From: an uncultured bacterium
GTDB lineage: Bacteria > Hydrothermota > UBA3073 > NMUJ01 > CBEVQO01
DNA length: 64,000 nucleotides
NCBI GenBank assembly: GCA_965552055.1
Contig: CBEVQO010000003.1
Span: forward strand, 160,001 to 224,000
Reading direction: 5' to 3'
Every line of letters begins with the position of its first letter. Position 1 is the first letter of the stretch. The notes beneath the pieces are model-generated. The model did not search any database and had not been told where the DNA came from. It was given only the letters and a program-made list of their open reading frames with translations. Positions 21,917-31,646 of the stretch are shown here, in pieces. A program made the position numbers and the translations under genes.

Positions 21917-23356
21917 ATGAGATTAATTTTTGAAAAAAGCAAAAAAGGAAAAAAGGGAGTAACTTTACCGCGCTGTGATATTCCGGAAAAGAAAAACATT
22001 ATTCCTGAGAAATTCTTACGAAAAAAGGAGATGAGATTACCCCAGCTTACAGAACCTGAGGTTGTTAGACATTACACAAATTTGTCTTCTTTAAATTTTC
22101 ACATTGATAAAGGATTCTATCCGCTTGGCAGTTGCACTATGAAATATAATCCGAAGATTAATGAAGACCTTGCAAGGCATCCTTGTTTTTTAAATTTACA
22201 TCCTTTGCAGTCGGAGGATACGGTGCAGGGTGCTTTGAAATTGATGTATGAATTGCAGGAGTTACTTTGCAGGATAAGCGGTATGGATGCTGTATCCCTT
22301 CAGCCATCTGCAGGTGCATCGGGCGAATTTACAGCACTTTTGATTGCCAAAAAATATTTCAAAGTTAAAGGCGAAGAAAGAAAAAGAGTGTTGTTGCCAG
22401 ACAGTGCACACGGAACAAATCCTGCATCCTGTACTCTTGCAGGCTTTATACCAGAGGAAATAAAATCGGACGAAGAAGGATTATGCAATATTACAGAATT
22501 GAAAAAGAAAATAGGAAAAGATGTAGCTATGATAATGCTTACTGTGCCCAATACTCTTGGACTTTTTGAAAGAAGGATAAAAGAAATATCGAGGATTGCA
22601 GAAGAAGAGGGAGTTTTGCTTTATCTTGATGGTGCCAACATGAATGCATTCCTGGGTATAGTTTTGCCATCTGAAATGGGTTTTCATCTTGTTCATTTCA
22701 ATTTGCATAAGACATTTTCGACACCTCATGGAAGCGGTGGACCTGGAGGCGGAGCTTTGGGAGTTAAAAAGTTTTTAGAAGAGTTCTTACCCGTGCCTGT
22801 AATTCGTAAAAAAGATGATAAGTATTACCTTGAGTGGAATTTGAAGCATACAATCGGCAAAGTGCATACATTTTATGGTAATTTCAATGTCAACATAAAA
22901 GCATATACTTATATCAGAATGATGGGAAAAGATGGATTAAGAAAAGTTGCAGAAACTTCTATAATAAATGCCAACTATTTAAAAGAGATATTGAAGGATT
23001 ATTATGACCTGCCTTATAAATCTCGTTGTATGCATGAATTTGTGCTATCCGGTGCAAAGCAGAAACGCGAAACAGGTGTAAGGACATTGAATATTGCTAA
23101 AAGGTTGTTAGACTATGGATTTCATCCGCCTACGATTTATTTTCCTTTAATCGTACAAGAAGCACTTATGATTGAGCCAACAGAGACAGAAAGTAAAGAT
23201 ACACTTGATAAATTTGCAGAAGCTCTTATAAATATTGCAAAAGAATGCAAAGAAGCACCGGATAAAGTTTTGAATGCTCCTCATAATATGCCTGTTAAGA
23301 GAGTAGATGAAGCAAGGGCATCTCGTGAACTTGATGTAAACTATTTTGCAAAATGA
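21917..23356 (+). CDS. gcvPB: Glycine dehydrogenase (decarboxylating) subunit 2
   Basis: YPLGSCTMKYNP, SAHGTNPAS, HFNLHKTFSTPHG, MIEPTETE. Confidence 0.96.
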   Translation: MRLIFEKSKKGKKGVTLPRCDIPEKKNIIPEKFLRKKEMRLPQLTEPEVVRHYTNLSSLNFHIDKGFYPLGSCTMKYNPKINEDLARHPCFLNLHPLQSEDTVQGALKLMYELQELLCRISGMDAVSLQPSAGASGEFTALLIAKKYFKVKGEERKRVLLPDSAHGTNPASCTLAGFIPEEIKSDEEGLCNITELKKKIGKDVAMIMLTVPNTLGLFERRIKEISRIAEEEGVLLYLDGANMNAFLGIVLPSEMGFHLVHFNLHKTFSTPHGSGGPGGGALGVKKFLEEFLPVPVIRKKDDKYYLEWNLKHTIGKVHTFYGNFNVNIKAYTYIRMMGKDGLRKVAETSIINANYLKEILKDYYDLPYKSRCMHEFVLSGAKQKRETGVRTLNIAKRLLDYGFHPPTIYFPLIVQEALMIEPTETESKDTLDKFAEALINIAKECKEAPDKVLNAPHNMPVKRVDEARASRELDVNYFAK

Positions 23357-23670
23357 GTTTCTGGGAAAAATTGAAGCATGCTTTTAATGTGGGAGGAGAG
23401 GCAGAGGAATTAACGGAGCGTGAAGAAGATTTATTGGATAAGCTGGCGGATGGGATAGTTCGACGGGGAATGGGCACACCGGCTATATTATTTCTCGAAT
23501 CTTTTAGACCTTTGTCTTTTATTGGCAGTCAGGTTATGGTATTTTTAAAACCATTTATTGATGCAATGTTTCCTTCAACTGTTTACGATGAGTTTATAAA
23601 AATTTTTGAGAAGCGTCCGGGCATTCGACGGCTTATTGAGTTAATTGAGGAGAAAATGGGGGCAAGATGA
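23353..23670 (+). CDS. Hypothetical protein
   Basis: ATGA-coupled to gcvPB; normal composition (PAILFLESFRPLSFIGSQ). Confidence 0.75.
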   Translation: MSFWEKLKHAFNVGGEAEELTEREEDLLDKLADGIVRRGMGTPAILFLESFRPLSFIGSQVMVFLKPFIDAMFPSTVYDEFIKIFEKRPGIRRLIELIEEKMGAR

Positions 23671-24134
23671 GGCGTAAGATTTTATTTGTGATTTGCGGGG
23701 TTATAGTTGCATGTGTAATTGCAGTTATAATTGCAGGTAAGATGAAGGTGGAGAAAGTAAAAGAGAAGAAGTTTGTGCCTCCTCCCGATGGCATAATTAC
23801 GAAAGAGATGGCAGATAAATATCTGCTGGCGACAAAGTACCTGCGTGAAGCGATAGAAGAACATAAAAAGGATATAATGAGAATGGCAAAAATACACGGA
23901 GTAACACCAGAGGAACTTGAATCGGATACACTCGAAAAAACATCGGAAAAAGTGCAGAGATTGAAGAAGAGATTGCTCAAAAAATGGAGAAAAAGAGAAT
24001 TGGAAGCATATAAGAGAGCAGGGATAACCGAAGAAGAGTTTAACTGGATTGGTCAAATGCTCACAGATACGACTAAAAACAAAGAAATAAGGAAATATAT
24101 CCAAAAGAAATTTTTAGAAATGTTTCAGAAGTAA
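23667..24134 (+). CDS. Membrane-anchored hypothetical protein
   Basis: N-terminal TM helix, charged helical body; ATGA coupling. Confidence 0.7.
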   Translation: MRRKILFVICGVIVACVIAVIIAGKMKVEKVKEKKFVPPPDGIITKEMADKYLLATKYLREAIEEHKKDIMRMAKIHGVTPEELESDTLEKTSEKVQRLKKRLLKKWRKRELEAYKRAGITEEEFNWIGQMLTDTTKNKEIRKYIQKKFLEMFQK

Positions 24135-24898
24135 AATTCAGGTCTCCTATCTTCAAAAATGTGATTTAACTCAGTAATTTTTTTATTCAGTGCAAGAGAT
24201 GGGTCGATGTCCACTGTCTTTACGCATTCATCTGTTTCATTTGCCGAAATTAAAATTGAGCTATCAGGTGCGCATATTAAACTTTTTCCTGTGAATTTAA
24301 TTCCTTTTTCTGTGCCTATTCTGTTTGCCATACAGATGAATACCCTGTTTTCGAGTGCTCTTATGGGTAATGCTTTCTGGCAATACGGTAACACAAGATT
24401 TGTAGGATGACAGATTATTTGGGCTCCCTTTAAAGCAAGTGTGCGAGCAGATTCCGGGAAAATCCAGTCAAAACATATCATTAGCCCGATTTTCACTCCT
24501 TTAAATTCGAAAACAAAAAAGCCTTTATCACCTTTTTCAAAAATTAATTTTTCTTTGTTAAAGAGGTGAATTTTTCTATAAATGTGTATCTTGCCATCTG
24601 GTAGTACAGCACACGCAGAATTGTAAATTTTATCACCATCGGAAAGCTCAGGAAAGCCCGCAACAATACACATGTCTTTTTCCTTCGCTATGTCCAATAA
24701 AAAATTCGTGGTATATCCGGGTACTTCTTCCGCAAGGGGTAATAGTTCTTCTTTGGTCTCAAAAACATATCCAGTATTGAATAACTCTGGAAGCACAATA
24801 ATATCGGCAAAAACATCCTTTAGCATTTCTCTTATTTTCTGTAAATTTTTTTCTTTTTTCTTATGTTCAGGCTGGAATTGTAAGAATCCTATTTTCAT
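24125..24898 (-). CDS. Nitrilase-family carbon-nitrogen hydrolase
   Basis: E-K-C triad: LPELF, YRKIHLF, ICFDWIFPE. Confidence 0.92.
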   Translation of the reverse strand: MKIGFLQFQPEHKKKEKNLQKIREMLKDVFADIIVLPELFNTGYVFETKEELLPLAEEVPGYTTNFLLDIAKEKDMCIVAGFPELSDGDKIYNSACAVLPDGKIHIYRKIHLFNKEKLIFEKGDKGFFVFEFKGVKIGLMICFDWIFPESARTLALKGAQIICHPTNLVLPYCQKALPIRALENRVFICMANRIGTEKGIKFTGKSLICAPDSSILISANETDECVKTVDIDPSLALNKKITELNHIFEDRRPEFYF

Positions 24899-25053
24899 TT
24901 TCTTAATCTTTTAGCGATAATGCCTGCCCATGCACTGAAAAAAGCGATGAGTGCACCGATCACCATATTTGATAGCGCGAGTTCACCGCCGAAAAAATAT
25001 CCAGAAGCCGCAACCCATAGTCCCATGTAAAAAACTACCCAGCACTGCCACAT
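24895..25053 (-). CDS. Small 52-aa two-TM membrane protein (SPW-repeat-like), absent from ORF track
   Basis: GGAGG RBS, then MWQCWVVFYMGLWVAASGYFFGGELALSNMVIGALIAFFSAWAGIIAKRLRK; stop overlaps the nitrilase ATG (ATGA). Confidence 0.8.
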   Translation of the reverse strand: MWQCWVVFYMGLWVAASGYFFGGELALSNMVIGALIAFFSAWAGIIAKRLRK

Positions 25054-25880
25054 AATCCCTCCAGTTTTTTTATTACAGAAGATATAATCCAGTCAGGAGT
25101 AGATGCACCAGCAGTTACACCTACATTTTTTACACCGTTAAACCACTCTTTTTTTATCTCATCCGCTGTTTCAATGTGATAAACTTTTTTCCCGCTTTCT
25201 TTTATTAATTCGTATAATCTCCTTGTGTTTGCACTATTTCTTCCGCCTATCACAATCATAATATCGACATTTTTCGCCAGTTCTAAAGCATGTTTTTGAC
25301 GCAAATCGGTTGCATCACAAATCGTGTTTATTACTTTTAATTCTTTAATTTTCTCACTTAACTCTTTTATTATCTCTTTAAAATGTTTTTTCGAAAATGT
25401 TGTTTGCACGACAACTCCTGCTTTATCAATTTTTTTAAGCGCTTTTGCTTCTTCTTCATTTTCTATGACTTTTATTCCATCGATTGATTCTGTAATCGCA
25501 AGTACTTCTGGATGTTTTTTTTCTCCTATGAGAATAACTTTATAACCTTCTTTTTTCAAAATTTTTGCATATTCATGCACTTTTTTAACAAATGGACATG
25601 TAGCATCCACAATTTCAAATCCCAATTTCCGTGCCTCTTCATAAACATGAACAGGTGCTCCATGTGACCTTATTACAAGTATGCCCAGTGGAACAGAATG
25701 CAGATTATCAACTGGTTCTATACCCAGTTTTTTCAATCTTTCAACTTCCTGTGGATTATGAATTATGGGTCCGTAGGTATAAATTTTTTTATCTGTTTTT
25801 TTAGCAAGTTCTTCAAGTATTTTAATCGCACGCTTTACACCATAGCAGAATCCCGAATGTTTAGCAAGTAATACTTTCAT
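25035..25880 (-). CDS. ispH: 4-hydroxy-3-methylbut-2-enyl diphosphate reductase
   Basis: GFCYGV, IIHN, DATCPFV, QTT, TICDAT, SANT, TAGASTP. Confidence 0.97.
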   Translation of the reverse strand: MKVLLAKHSGFCYGVKRAIKILEELAKKTDKKIYTYGPIIHNPQEVERLKKLGIEPVDNLHSVPLGILVIRSHGAPVHVYEEARKLGFEIVDATCPFVKKVHEYAKILKKEGYKVILIGEKKHPEVLAITESIDGIKVIENEEEAKALKKIDKAGVVVQTTFSKKHFKEIIKELSEKIKELKVINTICDATDLRQKHALELAKNVDIMIVIGGRNSANTRRLYELIKESGKKVYHIETADEIKKEWFNGVKNVGVTAGASTPDWIISSVIKKLEGLCGSAG

Positions 25881-26484
25881 CGAGTTCTTTAATTTTTTGC
25901 ATTATAATCTCTGATAACTTTTTTCTGCCGTCTTTTGATTTTGAAAATTTCTCTACTTCTTCCTTTGTGATGGGTTTTCCAAACTTTACGATTACGGTTT
26001 TTTTACGCAAAAACTGTTTTATGAGAGGGGTATTTGAGTTTTTTATAAGTGCCGGCACTATTGGCACTTTGTTTCGCAGTGCTATAAATGCTGTGCCATG
26101 TTTGGGTGTTTGCAGTTCGCCTGTTTTACTCCTTGTGCCTTCTGGAAACATTATCAGTCCCTGACCCATTTTTAAAATTTCATCGGCTTTTCTTATTGCA
26201 TTTCTGTCGATTTTTTCTCTATCGGCTGGAAAGGCGTTGTATGCTTTTATAAGCCATGTGAAAAATTTGTTTATTTCAAATAATTCTTTTTTGGCAAAGA
26301 AATAGCATTCCCTTGTCCATACGGCTGTACCTACAAGCGGCGGGTCAAAATTTGATAAATGGTTTGAAGCAACGATAAAGCCACCATTTTTGGGGATATT
26401 CTCCCTTCCATAAACTTTCCATCCAAAAAATACTTTCCAGATAAAATTTATAACCCTTGTCCCTATCCTGTATCGCAGTTTCAT
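25861..26484 (-). CDS. plsC: 1-acyl-sn-glycerol-3-phosphate acyltransferase
   Basis: NHLSNFD, FPEGTRS. Confidence 0.92.
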   Translation of the reverse strand: MKLRYRIGTRVINFIWKVFFGWKVYGRENIPKNGGFIVASNHLSNFDPPLVGTAVWTRECYFFAKKELFEINKFFTWLIKAYNAFPADREKIDRNAIRKADEILKMGQGLIMFPEGTRSKTGELQTPKHGTAFIALRNKVPIVPALIKNSNTPLIKQFLRKKTVIVKFGKPITKEEVEKFSKSKDGRKKLSEIIMQKIKELDESITC

Positions 26485-27578
26485 TTCAGTTTATCACTCA
26501 GCCAGCCGATTTTTACTTCTTCCGGAGGAATAAAATTCGGGATATGTGGTTTTATATCAAGGAGAGGTGTTCCATCTACAATATCCACATTTTCGATTAT
26601 TATTTCGTTATCTTTTATTTCAACGAGCTTTACCGTTGACATTCCTATTGGATTTGGGCGTGAAGGAGCTCTTGTTGCAAATACGCCTCTTTTTACATTA
26701 TCAAGATAGGGCTTTACTTTTAATTTCTTTTCTTTTACGAGATGGAAATGATAAATCAAAATTATGTGGGAAAAACCTTCCAGGTCTTTAATTCCTTCCT
26801 TAAATTCCGGGAAGAGTTTTATTTTGCCTCTTATACCTTTTGCAAAGCGAGGTTGAATTGGCACACCCACAGGTTCTTTAAAGGGTGAATGGATAATCCC
26901 TATAGGTCTATATTTTATTTTTCCAAACCATTTTTCCATTATCAGCTCTATTACCTTTTCGATTTCTTCTTCAATTGTCAAATTCGTTGTGTCAATTTCT
27001 ATTGCACCTTCTGGTTTTACAAGTGGATTTATTTTTCTTTCGGAATCTCTTCTATCCCTTTCTTCCATCTTTTTCAAAACTTCTTCGTAACTTATATTTT
27101 GTCCTTTTTCTTTCAATTCTTTCCATCTTCTTCTTGCTCTTTCTTTTAAATCTGCAGTCATAAATATTTTGATATCCGCATCAGGGAAAACAAAAGAACC
27201 CATATCCCTTCCTTCTGCTACCACATTACCAGTTTTGCCGATTTCACGCTGTATCTTTTGTAAAATTTTCCTGACATCTTCGTAAGTGGCAATTACCGAT
27301 GAAATATGGGAAATTTCTTCTGTTCTTATTTCTTTCTCAACATCTTCGCCATCAAGCGTTAATCTTCCAAGTTTTTCATCATAATTTATTTTTATGTTTT
27401 TTATGGCTTTTACGACTTTATCTTTATCTGTATAATCTATTCCTTTTCTTTTGATGAGCAAAGCTGCCATTCTGTAAGTTGCTCCGCTATCTAAATATTT
27501 GAAACCGAGTTTTTGTGCTACTCCACGGGCTGTGGTGGTTTTGCCGGCAGATGCGTAGCCATCAATTGTTACAATCAT
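26481..27578 (-). CDS. cmk: Fusion of cytidylate kinase and TrmO/TsaA tRNA m6t6A37 methyltransferase
   Basis: IDGYASAGKTT, DSGATYR, EGRDMG, RDRRD; then PIGIIHSPF, GVFATRAPSRPNPIG, DGTPLLDIKP. Confidence 0.9.
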   Translation of the reverse strand: MIVTIDGYASAGKTTTARGVAQKLGFKYLDSGATYRMAALLIKRKGIDYTDKDKVVKAIKNIKINYDEKLGRLTLDGEDVEKEIRTEEISHISSVIATYEDVRKILQKIQREIGKTGNVVAEGRDMGSFVFPDADIKIFMTADLKERARRRWKELKEKGQNISYEEVLKKMEERDRRDSERKINPLVKPEGAIEIDTTNLTIEEEIEKVIELIMEKWFGKIKYRPIGIIHSPFKEPVGVPIQPRFAKGIRGKIKLFPEFKEGIKDLEGFSHIILIYHFHLVKEKKLKVKPYLDNVKRGVFATRAPSRPNPIGMSTVKLVEIKDNEIIIENVDIVDGTPLLDIKPHIPNFIPPEEVKIGWLSDKLK

Positions 27579-29497
27579 TAAACTCTTTTAAGAACAACAA
27601 GTGTAATATCATCTGATTGAGGGATGTTTCCTGTGAATTCCCTAACTTTTTTCATAACTGCTTCTGTGATTTCCCTTGCCGATGCCATTCTGTTTTCTTT
27701 TAATACTTTGAAAAATCTATCTTCACCGAATTCCTGATGAAGCTCATTCATTGCCTCTGTTATGCCATCTGTAAAGAGAACGAGGACATCTCCTTTTTTC
27801 ATTACCCTTCTTTCTTCTTTTAAAGCCTCTCTATATCCCTTTTCATCAACAAGTCCTATTCCGATTGGCATACCTTCAGGTTTTAATGGTATGAGTTCAC
27901 CATCGGTTAGCAACAGTCCTTCGTTGTGCCCTGCATTGCAAACCCTTATTTCCCCTGTTTCTTTATTAACGACAATGTAAAGGGTTGTTATGAAAATATC
28001 CTCTGGAATATCTTTTGCTATTTCTTCATTTGTTTGTGCTATTACATCAACAGGTGAAGGATTACCTACTGCTTTCATTTTCATAACAGTACGCATTACT
28101 GCCATCATCATAGCTCCTGATACGCTTTTACCAGAGACATCTGCAACTACAAGTCCAAAATGCTTATCATCAACATTTAAAACATCGTAATAGTCACCGC
28201 CGACTTCTCTTGCTGCCTGATAGAAAGCACTCAGTTCAAATCCCGGGAATTGCGGTAAACCACGGGGAAGTAACGCTGCCTGAATATCTTTTGCAATTTC
28301 CATTTCTCTTTTCATTCTTTCTTTTTCTACAAGTTCTTTTTGTGCTTTCTCAAGTTTCATAGCCATTTCTTTTACTGACAATGCAATATCACCTATTTCG
28401 TCATTTCTCTTTATTTCCATTCTCTTATATCGGTCAAGTTCGCCTTCACCGATTGCCACAATATCTTTCGTTATCTCTCCAAGTGAGCCAATTATCAAAG
28501 ATACCAGCACAATAATGATAGCTGCACCCGCACCCACTGCAATAGCTGCTACGATTAACATGTTTTTCTGAGCTTCTTTTATCGTATTTTTTATAGATTC
28601 AGCAGAGAAGCCCATATGTAAATCTTGTGGTATTTTTGCACGCGTAAGAGTAGCTTTAATATCGTAGATGTCAATTTTTTTATTATATTTAATTGTAAGT
28701 TCACCAATGGTAACAGGGAAACCTTTTATTTCGCTTTTAGATTTCGGTGAGATATTTTTAGTAAGGAAATATTTACCTTTTGATATAAATCTCGGTTCGA
28801 AAAGCAATCTTGTTATCATTTTTACTATCTTTTTTGACTCCTTCTCGCATACACACACATAAGCTGCGCTTCTTTTTTTGAAGAGCTCCTGAATTATCGG
28901 TGTAATATTTTTATTTTCTTTTAATGCTGTGAGTAGTTTAGGGGATGTTTCTTTAATAAACTCGTTTATAACTTTCTTTACTCCGCTTTTTTTCACACCT
29001 ACATGGCATTCAAGCACAGGTGATGTATTGGGCAATTCTATACACACATCGTAGACTACGAATGAGCGAATCAGTTTGTGATTGAATTTACCGATAAAAA
29101 CAGTATCCTTGCCCATCAGTATCGTATCGGTATAAGAAAGATTTTTAAATCCCTCAAAAGTTTTACCTATCCTCATGTCGATGTCCAAAAATGGATTAAC
29201 AGCGGATGACGAAATTACTTTATTTTCTCTATTGACGAGTGTTGCGTAAAGCATATCTTCCTGCTCATCGAGGGCTTTTTGTAATGTTGTTGCAATTGCT
29301 ATTTCATCGTTATGATATATGTGTTCGATAAGAGGCGGTATGATTGATGAAGTTACAGCTAGTGCTCTTTTCCTTATCTCTTTGTAAAGAGCCTCGCCCT
29401 CATGTCTCGTGAAATAAGAAATCACACCAGCCATCAGACAAATTACAAAGCCCGTTATCCATATCGTAAATTTTGCTTTTAAACCAAACCTCCTCAT
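27578..29497 (-). CDS. Membrane HAMP-domain SpoIIE/RsbU-type PP2C phosphatase
   Basis: Two TM segments, HAMP (DEIGD), VGGDYYD, ADVSGK, NAGH, FTDGITE, DDIT. Confidence 0.92.
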   Translation of the reverse strand: MRRFGLKAKFTIWITGFVICLMAGVISYFTRHEGEALYKEIRKRALAVTSSIIPPLIEHIYHNDEIAIATTLQKALDEQEDMLYATLVNRENKVISSSAVNPFLDIDMRIGKTFEGFKNLSYTDTILMGKDTVFIGKFNHKLIRSFVVYDVCIELPNTSPVLECHVGVKKSGVKKVINEFIKETSPKLLTALKENKNITPIIQELFKKRSAAYVCVCEKESKKIVKMITRLLFEPRFISKGKYFLTKNISPKSKSEIKGFPVTIGELTIKYNKKIDIYDIKATLTRAKIPQDLHMGFSAESIKNTIKEAQKNMLIVAAIAVGAGAAIIIVLVSLIIGSLGEITKDIVAIGEGELDRYKRMEIKRNDEIGDIALSVKEMAMKLEKAQKELVEKERMKREMEIAKDIQAALLPRGLPQFPGFELSAFYQAAREVGGDYYDVLNVDDKHFGLVVADVSGKSVSGAMMMAVMRTVMKMKAVGNPSPVDVIAQTNEEIAKDIPEDIFITTLYIVVNKETGEIRVCNAGHNEGLLLTDGELIPLKPEGMPIGIGLVDEKGYREALKEERRVMKKGDVLVLFTDGITEAMNELHQEFGEDRFFKVLKENRMASAREITEAVMKKVREFTGNIPQSDDITLVVLKRV

Positions 29498-29523
29498 AAT
29501 CCCTCCTTTTCTATTTTTATCAA

Positions 29524-29550
29524 TTTTTATCTAAAATATCAGGATGTCAA
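29524..29550 (-). promoter_or_regulatory. Putative promoter TTGACA-N15-TAAAAA (phosphatase operon)
   Basis: Followed by a leader with AGGAGG. Confidence 0.5.
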
Positions 29551-29583
29551 GTAAAAATTTTAAAAATTTTAAAAAATTTTTCG

Positions 29584-29610
29584 TTTACTTATCTGCAAGC
29601 GTATTAAAAT
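29584..29610 (+). promoter_or_regulatory. Putative promoter TTTACT-N15-TAAAAT (dprA)
   Basis: ATG 6 nt after the -10 box. Confidence 0.55.
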
Positions 29611-29616
29611 CTGAAG

Positions 29617-30678
29617 ATGCTCGAAAGTTTACTGAAATTGATGAAAATAAAAGGAATGACCGAAAGAAGATTGAAAATACTTTTGGACAAATTTAAATCC
29701 CCGGAGCAAATTATGAAAGCAGATTTTGAGGAAATTGCCAGTGTTACGGATAATTTGATAGCAGAGAACATTAAAATGGCCAGAGAGATTAATGTTGAAA
29801 AAGAACTTAAGTTTATTGAGAAAGAAGAGATAAAAATTTTATTGTATCTGGATGATGCCTATCCCGAAAGGTTAAAAGAAATTACGGATTTTCCACCTGT
29901 TTTATTTGTTAAAGGAGATACATCTATTTTCTCCGGGCATTGTATTGCTGTTATAGGTACGCGTTCTCCTTCAAGTTATGGTGAAAGCATGGCGAAAAAA
30001 TTTTCTTATGAACTTGCGCAATCTGGTGTAGTAATTGTTAGTGGAATGGCGAGGGGTATAGACAGCATATCGCATCAATCTGCCATAGATGCAGGCGGTA
30101 AAACAATAGCAGTGCTGGGGAGCGGGATAGATAAAATTTATCCTCCTGAAAATAAAAAACTTTATTACAAAATAGCAAAAAGGGGGGCTGTTATTTCTGA
30201 ATTTCCAATCGGTATGCCTCCTTATCCCGGTAATTTCTTAAAAAGAAACAGAATAATAAGCGGATTGTCAGAAGGGGTACTCGTGATTGAAGCTCCTGAA
30301 AAAAGTGGTGTTTTTTCAACCGTAAACTGGGCATTAATGCAGGGTAAAGATGTTTTCGCTCTTCCAAGTAACATAACAAATGAGAGGGGGGCAGGTACAA
30401 ATAAGCTGATAAAAGAGGGGGCATATCTCGTTACATCCGTTAAGGATATCCTTAACATTTTAAAAATTTATCCAGAATACGAAAAGAAGGTTAAAGAAGT
30501 TAAAATCTCGCCAGAAGAAGAAAAAATATTTTCTTTGATTTCATTCGAGCCCGTTCATTTTGACAAACTATTAGAGGAGAGCGAAAAAAATATGGGGGAA
30601 CTTTCTTCTTTGCTTTTATCTCTTGAAATTAAAGGATTGATAAAGCAATTACCTGGCAAATATTATGTGCGATTTTAA
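29617..30678 (+). CDS. dprA: DNA-processing protein DprA
   Basis: IGTR, VSGMARGID, RNRIISGLS, C-terminal winged helix. Confidence 0.95.
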   Translation: MLESLLKLMKIKGMTERRLKILLDKFKSPEQIMKADFEEIASVTDNLIAENIKMAREINVEKELKFIEKEEIKILLYLDDAYPERLKEITDFPPVLFVKGDTSIFSGHCIAVIGTRSPSSYGESMAKKFSYELAQSGVVIVSGMARGIDSISHQSAIDAGGKTIAVLGSGIDKIYPPENKKLYYKIAKRGAVISEFPIGMPPYPGNFLKRNRIISGLSEGVLVIEAPEKSGVFSTVNWALMQGKDVFALPSNITNERGAGTNKLIKEGAYLVTSVKDILNILKIYPEYEKKVKEVKISPEEEKIFSLISFEPVHFDKLLEESEKNMGELSSLLLSLEIKGLIKQLPGKYYVRF

Positions 30679-30683
30679 ATCAC

Positions 30684-30710
30684 TTGACAAATCAAAAATT
30701 TTATTATATT
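30684..30710 (+). promoter_or_regulatory. Putative promoter TTGACA-N15-TATATT (ABC operon)
   Basis: ATG 9 nt after the -10 box. Confidence 0.65.
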
Positions 30711-30719
30711 ATATCTGTC

Positions 30720-31646
30720 ATGATTGAGGTGAAAGACCTTACCAAAAAGTATGGTGAGCTTGTAGCGGTTGATAATATTTCTTTTGAAGTGAAGAAGGGT
30801 GAAGTTGTGGGCTTTTTGGGTCCGAATGCTGCGGGTAAAACAACCACTTTGCGTGTTATTACCGGCTTTTTGCCGCCTACAGAAGGAACCGCTGTTGTTG
30901 CAGGATATGATGTAAGAGAAAATCCAATTGAAGTAAAAGAAAAGATAGGTTATTTACCCGAAGAAAATCCTTTGTATGATGAATTTGAAGTTGTTGAATT
31001 TCTGGAATTTATTGGAAGAGCAAGGCAAATAAAGGATTTGAGAAAAAGGATTAAAGAAGCGATTGAGATTTGCAAACTTGAGGATGTTGTTGGTAAGCTG
31101 ATCGGGCATTTGTCAAGGGGATACAGACAAAGGGTAGGGCTTGCTCAGGCAATTTTACATGACCCTGAGATAATAATTGCCGATGAACCCACAACAGGGC
31201 TTGACCCCATTCAGCAATCAGAAATAAGAAATTTGATAAAAGGATTGAAGGAAAGGGGAAAAACGATATTGATATCCACCCATATACTTCCTGAGGTTCA
31301 GGCAATGTGTGAGCGAGTTATAATAATTCATAAGGGGAAAATTGTAGCCGATGCCCCTATAAATGAGATTGGCAGTTTGAAAAAAGGTTACGATGTGTTA
31401 AATGTTGTTATGAAAGGAGACGAGAAAGAGATAAAAGAAGGTTTGAGTAACATCGAAGGTGTGATTAATATTGAGGATAAAGGAAGGTCAAATGGATGTT
31501 TTGCTTTTCAACTGCAGGTAAAACCCGATATCGATGTGAGGGAAAAGATATTTGATATGGCTGTGCAAAGGAATTTAAAATTGATAGAATTGCATAGAGA
31601 GAGTTTATCGCTTGAAGATGTTTTTAAGGAACTTACTAAAGAATAA
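30720..31646 (+). CDS. ABC transporter ATP-binding protein (GldA-like)
   Basis: GPNAAGKTT, LSRGYRQRVGLAQA, DEPTTGLDP; likely start MIEVKDL at 30720. Confidence 0.92.
   Translation: MIEVKDLTKKYGELVAVDNISFEVKKGEVVGFLGPNAAGKTTTLRVITGFLPPTEGTAVVAGYDVRENPIEVKEKIGYLPEENPLYDEFEVVEFLEFIGRARQIKDLRKRIKEAIEICKLEDVVGKLIGHLSRGYRQRVGLAQAILHDPEIIIADEPTTGLDPIQQSEIRNLIKGLKERGKTILISTHILPEVQAMCERVIIIHKGKIVADAPINEIGSLKKGYDVLNVVMKGDEKEIKEGLSNIEGVINIEDKGRSNGCFAFQLQVKPDIDVREKIFDMAVQRNLKLIELHRESLSLEDVFKELTKE

Noticed and set aside
30684..30719. N-terminal extension MTNQKFYYIISV of the ABC ATPase (similarly track starts 3067, 43068, 59823)
   Set aside because: These TTG starts fall within promoter sequence; family-typical N-termini begin at the downstream ATG.
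31618..31646. Programmed frameshift fusing the ABC ATPase to the permease
   Set aside because: The permease is in the +1 frame, and I see no canonical slippery heptamer or stimulatory structure.
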